DNA of 64,000 nt from Erysipelotrichaceae bacterium (GTDB taxonomy: Bacteria; Bacillota_I; Bacilli_A; RFN20; CAG-826), in NCBI GenBank assembly GCA_034932745.1, contig JAYFOJ010000001.1, positions 596-64,595 of the forward strand. Direction: 5' to 3'. The notes under the pieces were generated by a model. It saw nothing but the letters and a program-made list of their open reading frames with translations. It was not told the origin of the DNA and made no database searches. Below are positions 57,150-64,000 of this stretch, piece after piece; positions within the stretch are counted from its first letter, which is position 1; every line of letters begins with the position of its first letter. Position numbers and translations under genes: made by a program.

Positions 57150-57704
57150 ATGAAACTAATAGTTGGACTTGGTAATCCGGGTAAAAAGTACGAAGGAACG
57201 CGACATAATATGGGATTCATGGTGGCAGATGCATTTGCAGATATCGCCAAAATTGATGTCGATAAAGAAATCTTTAACGGCCTTTTAGGTCGCGGAAAAA
57301 TCGCGGACGAAGATATTTTTATCTTTAAACCGACGACTTTTATGAACTTAAGTGGAACAGCGGTTCAACAAGTCGTTCATTACTTCAAAATAGATGTTGC
57401 TGATATCATCGTCATTTTTGATGATATGGCGCTTCAACCAGGAGAGATACGTTTAAGACTAAGCGGATCTAGTGGCGGACATAAAGGAATTCAAAATATT
57501 ATTGAAAACCTCGGTACTGACCAAATAAAAAGAATTCGTATCGGTATTGGAGAACCTCCTGTTGATGGCGCTATCGACTTTGTTCTAGGAAAACCAGTCG
57601 ATGAAGAAAAAGAATTGATTAATGGCGCGATTCAAAAAGGTGTTGAAGCATTGAAGGAGGCCTTGAAGTTCAGTTTCAATCGAGCGATGTCGAAGTACAA
57701 TTAA
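57150..57704 (+). CDS. pth: Peptidyl-tRNA hydrolase
   Basis: LIVGLGNPG, TRHNMGF, KPTTFMNLSG, GGHKG, RIRIGIG; extended -10 TGaTATAAT at 57124-32. Confidence 0.98.
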   Translation: MKLIVGLGNPGKKYEGTRHNMGFMVADAFADIAKIDVDKEIFNGLLGRGKIADEDIFIFKPTTFMNLSGTAVQQVVHYFKIDVADIIVIFDDMALQPGEIRLRLSGSSGGHKGIQNIIENLGTDQIKRIRIGIGEPPVDGAIDFVLGKPVDEEKELINGAIQKGVEALKEALKFSFNRAMSKYN

Positions 57705-57713
57705 GGGTCTAAA

Positions 57714-60700
57714 ATGAATCTAATCGACAAATTACTTCTTAATAAAAATATACCCCCTCTTCTTAAAGGAAAGGGGTCTTTCGTCATAGATGATATCATG
57801 GGATTTTCCCTGCTAATCGCCACGATTTACAAGAAAACTGGTAAGAGATATACGATTCTTGTCTCCAATCTTTATAAAGCTCAAAAACTATATAGTTTGT
57901 TATGCACTTTTATCGACGCTAAGAAAATATCCCTTTTCCCGATGGATGAATTAATAAGAGCTGAAGCAATTGCGGAAGGCAAAGAAATGATGGCGCAAAG
58001 ATTATTTTCTTTGTATGCAATTAAAAACAAAGAAGTGGATATATTAATCGTCAATGTCGCTGCAGCCAATCGCTATATGCCTAATCCTAAAATATTTGAT
58101 CAACAAATAATCAATTTTAAGGTGGGCACGTCAAAGGACTTCAATGAAATTCGCAAATCATTAATACTATCGGGATATTCTCTTGTAAACAAAATAGATC
58201 AATCACTACAATTTGCTATAAGAGGAGATATTCTCGATATATTTTCGGTAAATTTACCTAATCCAGTTCGAATTGAATTTTTTGATAATGAAATAGAATC
58301 GATTAGATATTTCGATATTTCCACCCAAATGTCGACAGACAAACTTAGTGAAGTTGAAATACTTCCAGCTTGCGACATGATATTAACGGACGAAGAAGTG
58401 AGTCAAGGTGTTAAGAAAATCGATTCTGTATACAAGAAGGCATTGCTCAACTTACCATCTAGTGTTCAAGATAGATTAGTTCAATTTACAGAAAAAGATA
58501 TTACAGATATTATCGAAAGAAATTATACCCCAAGAATTTATAAATATTTTTCTTTTATCACTGAAAATCATTATTCAATTTTTGATTATTGCAAAGATTT
58601 TGAAAAAATCGTTTTTGATGTCCCGCAAGTGCTAAATGAAAACTCATTATTAATCGACGAATCTTGGAATTATCTAGAGGATCTAGTAACCGAAGGAAAT
58701 ATAATACCTGGATTAGAGATTAACCGCGACATTAGTAGAGAAATTAACGATGCATCAATGTTAATGACTTATCCTTTAAAACATTCTTGTGATGATATTG
58801 AAATAAATATTCATAGTGTTCCTTTTTTTGCCAGCAAGGAAAAAGACTCTTTAGACATCATTCATACATATTTGAACGATGGTTATAAAATAATCGTTAC
58901 ACTTTCGAATAATGAACAGTTAAATGAGACAGAAAAACTTTTAATGGTAGCGGATATTCCATTTACAAAAATGAAAAATATATCCATACCGGATAATAGT
59001 AATATTGGTCTAGTCTTATATAATCTCGAGCAAGGATGCGTTTTAGAAGATGAAAAAGTTGTCATTTTATCCACAAAAGAACTATTAAACATAAAAACTC
59101 GCTCGATTAGATACACTAATAAATTCAAAGAAGCCACGATTCTTCGCTCATATGAGGATTTAGAACCAGGCGATTACGTCGTCCACGAATATCAAGGAAT
59201 TGGTCAATTTGTGTCGCTTGAGACTTTGGAAGTAGACGGGATTCACAAGGATTTTCTTAAAATTGCATACGCCGGAACAGATGTCCTTTATGTGCCTTTA
59301 GATCAATTTCAATTAGTAAGAAAATATATGGGCAAAGAGGGACATGCCCCTAAACTTTCAAAACTCCATAGCAAGGATTGGGAAAACACTAAAAAAAGAA
59401 TTAAAGAACGCGTTAATGAACTTGCGGAAAGATTAATTCACTTATATACCGAAAGAAGCAAAATTCAAGGATACTCCTTTCAAAAAGACGACGAATTTCA
59501 AAAACAATTTGAATCTAGTTTCCCTTACAAATTAACAAAAGATCAACAAAAATCACTTGATGAAATTAAAAAAGACATGGAGAGTTCTACTCCAATGGAC
59601 AGGCTTTTATGCGGAGATGTTGGTTTTGGAAAAACTGAAGTTGCATTTAGAGCAGCCTTTAAAGCAATTAATAGTGGGAAGCAAGTTGCCATCCTCTGCC
59701 CCACCACTTTGTTAGCAAGACAACATTTCGAACGAGCAGTAGAAAGATTTGCGCAGTTCGATATTAAGGTTGCTTTGTTCTCGCGTTTAGTAAGCGAAAA
59801 ACAAGAAAAAGAATATCTTGAAGGAGTGAGAAACGGAACGATTCATCTTGTTATAGGAACTCATAAATTGTTATCAAAGAAACTGATTTTTAAGGATTTA
59901 GGTCTACTCATAGTAGATGAAGAACAACGTTTTGGAGTCGAACAAAAGGAAAGAATTAAAGAGTTAAAAACTAATTTGGATGTATTAACCCTTACCGCCA
60001 CGCCGATTCCGAGAACTTTGCAGATTTCTTTGCTCGGTGTTCGAAGTATGTCAATGATTAATACCGCTCCTGAAGATCGGATGCCTGTTCAAACATACGT
60101 GGTGCCATATAAAACAGATGTAATAAAGGAACTTATCGAACGTGAATTAGGAAGAAATGGTCAAGTCTTTTACTTGCACAACAATATTTCGACGCTATAT
60201 AACACTGCCAGTAAATTGCAAAAGCTAGTTCCCGGCGCGACTATCGGCGTTGCTCATGGTCAAATGGACCGCGATAGCGTCGATAGCGCAATGGTTAAAT
60301 TTTCAAACAACGAAATAAATCTATTGGTCTGTACTTCGATAATTGAAAATGGAATTGATATACCTAATGCTAATATGATCATTGTCGAAGATTCTGATCG
60401 TTACGGTTTGGCGCAACTTTATCAAATAAAAGGGCGCGTAGGTAGAAGCGATCGCATCGCCTATGCATACCTCATGTATAACGGCAATAAAGTTCTCAAC
60501 GAAAAAGCAGAAAAAAGATTGCAAGCAATCAAAGATTTTACAGCTCTTGGAAGTGGATATAAAATAGCTCAACGAGACTTAATGATAAGAGGTGCGGGAG
60601 ATATTCTTGGGCCAGATCAAGCAGGCTTTATCGACTCAATTGGTTTGGATATGTATATCAAACTTTTAAACGAGGCCGTTAAAGAAAAACTCACAGGAAT

Positions 60701-61187
60701 TGATCAAGAAGAAAAAGTTGAAGCGAATGTTAATTTAGATATTGATGCGTACATACCATCAAATTATGCAAGTAATGTTGATAAAATAGAACTGTACCAG
60801 ACAATCGATGGAACAAAAACGATTGAAGACTTAGCTATAGTCGAAATAAAAATGCGAGATATATACGGTAAAATTCCTAACCCAGTTCACCTATTGTTAA
60901 AAAAACGAGCAATCGACATTTTATCTTCGACTGCTAAACTCGCTGATATGAGAGTTCTTGGGTCTTATGTCGATATTACATTGGGCAATGATTATTTAAA
61001 AATTAAAGGCGTTGGTAATTTACTATTTGAATCACTAATACCTTTTATTGGCTATACGAAGATTTCATATATACAAAGACAATTTAAAATTCGAATGGAT
61101 AAAAGACGCACTTGGGTTGATGATTTGGAAAATATGCTGAAATGTTTGTCGCAGGTAGTGACAACAAATAATAAAATAGAAGAATAG
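57714..61187 (+). CDS. mfd: Transcription-repair coupling factor
   Basis: [17 protein letters not shown] (RID), [41 protein letters not shown]. Confidence 0.98.
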   Translation: MNLIDKLLLNKNIPPLLKGKGSFVIDDIMGFSLLIATIYKKTGKRYTILVSNLYKAQKLYSLLCTFIDAKKISLFPMDELIRAEAIAEGKEMMAQRLFSLYAIKNKEVDILIVNVAAANRYMPNPKIFDQQIINFKVGTSKDFNEIRKSLILSGYSLVNKIDQSLQFAIRGDILDIFSVNLPNPVRIEFFDNEIESIRYFDISTQMSTDKLSEVEILPACDMILTDEEVSQGVKKIDSVYKKALLNLPSSVQDRLVQFTEKDITDIIERNYTPRIYKYFSFITENHYSIFDYCKDFEKIVFDVPQVLNENSLLIDESWNYLEDLVTEGNIIPGLEINRDISREINDASMLMTYPLKHSCDDIEINIHSVPFFASKEKDSLDIIHTYLNDGYKIIVTLSNNEQLNETEKLLMVADIPFTKMKNISIPDNSNIGLVLYNLEQGCVLEDEKVVILSTKELLNIKTRSIRYTNKFKEATILRSYEDLEPGDYVVHEYQGIGQFVSLETLEVDGIHKDFLKIAYAGTDVLYVPLDQFQLVRKYMGKEGHAPKLSKLHSKDWENTKKRIKERVNELAERLIHLYTERSKIQGYSFQKDDEFQKQFESSFPYKLTKDQQKSLDEIKKDMESSTPMDRLLCGDVGFGKTEVAFRAAFKAINSGKQVAILCPTTLLARQHFERAVERFAQFDIKVALFSRLVSEKQEKEYLEGVRNGTIHLVIGTHKLLSKKLIFKDLGLLIVDEEQRFGVEQKERIKELKTNLDVLTLTATPIPRTLQISLLGVRSMSMINTAPEDRMPVQTYVVPYKTDVIKELIERELGRNGQVFYLHNNISTLYNTASKLQKLVPGATIGVAHGQMDRDSVDSAMVKFSNNEINLLVCTSIIENGIDIPNANMIIVEDSDRYGLAQLYQIKGRVGRSDRIAYAYLMYNGNKVLNEKAEKRLQAIKDFTALGSGYKIAQRDLMIRGAGDILGPDQAGFIDSIGLDMYIKLLNEAVKEKLTGIDQEEKVEANVNLDIDAYIPSNYASNVDKIELYQTIDGTKTIEDLAIVEIKMRDIYGKIPNPVHLLLKKRAIDILSSTAKLADMRVLGSYVDITLGNDYLKIKGVGNLLFESLIPFIGYTKISYIQRQFKIRMDKRRTWVDDLENMLKCLSQVVTTNNKIEE

Positions 61188-61194
61188 GTTATAT

Positions 61195-61455
61195 ATGAGA
61201 GTAGACTTGTATTTGAAATATACTAGGCTTGTTCCAAGAAGAATTTTAGGCAAATCACTTATCGAGGGTGGGAATGTTTTAATTAACGATAAGGTTGCAA
61301 AACCCTCATCTCAGGTTAAAAACGAGGATTGTCTAACGATATATTTAGATGATATGACATTAGTGATTGAAGTTGCGATTACTAAAGAAGGAAACAAGAT
61401 CATAGTCGGCGGAAAGCTCATTGATAAAAAAGAAAAGGGAATATCGAAATGCTGA
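61195..61455 (+). CDS. yabO: S4-domain Hsp15/YabO (RqcP)-like protein
   Basis: MRVDLYLK..RLV.RR, INDKVAKPSSQVK; mfd-yabO-tilS synteny. Confidence 0.85.
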   Translation: MRVDLYLKYTRLVPRRILGKSLIEGGNVLINDKVAKPSSQVKNEDCLTIYLDDMTLVIEVAITKEGNKIIVGGKLIDKKEKGISKC

Positions 61456-62657
61456 ATTTAGACAAAAGTAAAAAATATCTTCTGGCTTGTTCCTTCGGAC
61501 CCGATTCGATGGCGCTCTTCGATATGCTTAAAAAAGAAGGCATTCATTTTGTTGTCGCACATGTAAATTATGGCGTGAGAAAAGAGGCTAAAGCAGAGAC
61601 AAATGCTTTAAATCATTATTGTGCTACTCACGATATTCAAATCGAGATTTTGTACGCCAAACCGATTAAAAATGGTGAAAATTTCGAGGCTAAGGCAAGA
61701 GAAATTAGATATCACTTTTTCAAAGAAATTTATGATAGCGATAAAATCGATTATTTGCTAGTTGCGCACCAACAAGATGATGTTTTAGAAACATATTTTT
61801 TGCAACGTCAAAGAGGCGGTTTTGTCGAATATTATGGAATAAGAGAAGAAACGACGATTTTTGGGATGAATGTAATCAGACCTTTGTTGAATTATTCGAA
61901 GGCAGATTTAGAGAATTACTGCATTAAAAATAATGTGCCATACGCGATTGATTCTAGCAACCTATCTAATGATTTTGCTCGTAATGTCATTAGACACACT
62001 ATTGTTTCTAAGATGAACCCAAGAGAAAGAAAAACCGAATTGAATAATATTGATGAATTGAACGAAGAAATTTCTGTGATTTATAAAAAACTAGCCGATA
62101 TTGATGGCACATCCAAGAGTCAGCTTTTACGCCTTAACGATGACGAATTTCAAAGGATGCTTGTTTTAATGGCTAGGGAAGTACGCGATGATGCTTCAAT
62201 TAGTGCGCCTCTTGCATCAGAAATACGAAAAATATTAATGAGCAATAAGCCGAATATCACTCTCAAGATTAGCGAAGGGTTATCTTTTATTAAAGAATAC
62301 GACTTTGTAACTTTCAAAATCGGACCGATGGAATGCTTGTTCGAATACAAGATAGATAAGCCAAAAATCATGGATACAAAGTACTTTTATCTCAATTTTC
62401 TTAAAGACACTTCAGATCGAAATGTCACGTTAGATGACTATCCTTTAACGATTAGAAACGCATCTTTAGAAGACACAATTATTATCAATAACTATCGAGT
62501 GGAAGTTAGGAGATTATTCATTGATTGGAAGATGCCTTTATCGATAAGAAAGAAATGGCCAGTTATTGTTAATAAAAATAACAAAGTTATTTATATTCCG
62601 CGTTATCGCAAGGATTTTGAAATTACAAACGATTTGAACTTTTATGTAAAAAAGTAA
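61449..62657 (+). CDS. tilS: tRNA(Ile)-lysidine synthetase
   Basis: PP-loop SFGPDS, HVNY, AREIRY, AHQQDD..ET, IRPLL, DSSN, C-terminal RRLFIDWKMP. Confidence 0.94.
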   Translation: MLNLDKSKKYLLACSFGPDSMALFDMLKKEGIHFVVAHVNYGVRKEAKAETNALNHYCATHDIQIEILYAKPIKNGENFEAKAREIRYHFFKEIYDSDKIDYLLVAHQQDDVLETYFLQRQRGGFVEYYGIREETTIFGMNVIRPLLNYSKADLENYCIKNNVPYAIDSSNLSNDFARNVIRHTIVSKMNPRERKTELNNIDELNEEISVIYKKLADIDGTSKSQLLRLNDDEFQRMLVLMAREVRDDASISAPLASEIRKILMSNKPNITLKISEGLSFIKEYDFVTFKIGPMECLFEYKIDKPKIMDTKYFYLNFLKDTSDRNVTLDDYPLTIRNASLEDTIIINNYRVEVRRLFIDWKMPLSIRKKWPVIVNKNNKVIYIPRYRKDFEITNDLNFYVKK

Positions 62658-62751
62658 TTTTCTTTGAAAAGAGTTATTATTTCTATATAATTGTTTTACT
62701 ATTTGCTTAGTAGATAGATAATATCTATCGGGACAAGAAGGAGGAATCAAC

Positions 62752-64000
62752 ATGCCAGAAATCGAACAAAAAAGAAGAAGCCCTTGGAGTTTTTTACTTT
62801 CTTTTTTAGTAGTAATCGGCATTATCGGAGTTTTTATTTGGCTATTGTTTTATAGAAATTCTGGTGTCGAGACACTTTCCGCAGAAAAATACGTTAATGC
62901 TTTAGCTAACGGTAGAGTTACTGAAGTTTATATCACGCCAAAAGAAGAAACTGTTGTTTATATCGAAGGTAAATATAAAGAGTATAGTGCTACCCCGAAT
63001 CAAACCGAAAAATCCTTTAATATTACATTTGATTGGCCAACATACTACGGATCTTTGTGGACTAATTCAACCGCAAAAGATGGCACCACTACTGGAGAAA
63101 CTATCGATATTAGTGCTTTCAGTTCAGTGAACGCTCTTACATATAGTAATGTTCAAGCGACCAATATCCATGTCACAGATGTTTATGTTACCAACTGGTG
63201 GGATACATGGGGCCCAACAATTATTTTAGGTGTCGTAACTATTGGCGTCGCAATACTTTTGTTCTCTAGATTCTCATCTAGTGTTTCGGGAAGTAACAAC
63301 AAGGCTTTGGAATTCAATAAATCACGTGCAAGACGCGAGAATTCATCTAAAATTCGTTTTGATGATGTCGCTGGTTGTGATGAAGAAAAATTGGAAATGC
63401 AAGAACTTGTTCAATACCTAAAGGAGCCTAAGAAATTTGCTAAATTTGGCGCAAAATTACCAAAAGGCGTTCTTTTAGTTGGCCCGCCAGGATCTGGCAA
63501 AACATTGCTTGCAAAAGCTGTTGCTGGAGAAGCTGGTGTTCCATTTTATTCAATTTCTGGTTCTGACTTCGTCGAAATGTTTGTTGGCGTTGGTGCAGGA
63601 CGTGTACGCGACATGTTTAAGGTTGCAAAAGAAAACGCTCCTTGTTTGATTTTTATCGATGAAATAGATGCTGTAGGTCGTCAAAGAGGTGCAGGCTTGG
63701 GTGGCGGAAACGATGAACGCGAACAAACATTAAACCAATTATTGGTTGAGATGGACGGATTCTCTGATAACTCAGGAATTATTGTCATTGCGGCTACAAA
63801 TAGAGACGACGTATTAGATCCAGCTCTTTTAAGAGCGGGGCGTTTCGATAGAAGAATCACCGTTTCATTACCAGATCGTCACGGACGTGAAGCTATATTA
63901 AAAGTTCACGCACGCAACAAAATATTGGATAAAGCAGTAGATTTTGATGCCATTGCAAAAAGAACTGTTGGATTCTCTGGTGCTGACTTAGAAAACATTT
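62752..64000 (+). CDS. ftsH: ATP-dependent zinc metalloprotease FtsH (runs off the window edge)
   Basis: Not in the ORF track. ATG at 62752 after SD AGGAGG; two TM helices; [75 protein letters not shown]. Confidence 0.97.
   Translation, partial: MPEIEQKRRSPWSFLLSFLVVIGIIGVFIWLLFYRNSGVETLSAEKYVNALANGRVTEVYITPKEETVVYIEGKYKEYSATPNQTEKSFNITFDWPTYYGSLWTNSTAKDGTTTGETIDISAFSSVNALTYSNVQATNIHVTDVYVTNWWDTWGPTIILGVVTIGVAILLFSRFSSSVSGSNNKALEFNKSRARRENSSKIRFDDVAGCDEEKLEMQELVQYLKEPKKFAKFGAKLPKGVLLVGPPGSGKTLLAKAVAGEAGVPFYSISGSDFVEMFVGVGAGRVRDMFKVAKENAPCLIFIDEIDAVGRQRGAGLGGGNDEREQTLNQLLVEMDGFSDNSGIIVIAATNRDDVLDPALLRAGRFDRRITVSLPDRHGREAILKVHARNKILDKAVDFDAIAKRTVGFSGADLENI

Overview
This window covers the replication origin of a low-GC (roughly 35% by eye) Bacilli genome. 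It uses genetic code 11 and shows reduced, Erysipelotrichales/RFN20/Acholeplasma-like traits: an Acholeplasma-type diglucosyl-DAG synthase, a ~79-nt SRP RNA and a long lipoprotein YidC. The lineage call is inference. The core is a bipartite oriC around dnaA (DnaA-box cluster at 39457-39739; box pair plus DnaA-trios at 37935-37983). Leftward run dnaA-dnaN-yaaA-recF-gyrB-gyrA-GT4-serS and SRP RNA-tadA. Rightward run rpmH-rnpA-yidC-jag-mnmE-tatD-rnmV-rsmA-ispE-glmU and pth-mfd-yabO-tilS-ftsH. The left 27 kb is more accessory: tandem M6 metalloprotease lipoproteins, tandem Endonuclease-I-family surface nucleases, TldD/PmbA, an ArsR-controlled Zn/Cd ATPase, an enlarged MscL, and a coupled operon of P-type ATPase, psuG, TetR, Fe-ADH and an M50-like protein. 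No CRISPR array, tRNA, rRNA, integrase or transposase was seen. The best candidates for something new are: (i) paired surface hydrolases with a non-LPXTG C-terminal anchor; (ii) the psuG operon flanked by two proteins with altered catalytic motifs (PEGL to PAGL, HExxH to FELAH); (iii) a strand-asymmetric structured RNA element between dgs and a PAQR gene; and (iv) a GyrA lacking both quinolone-bridge residues. All calls come from motif reading only; no searches were run.
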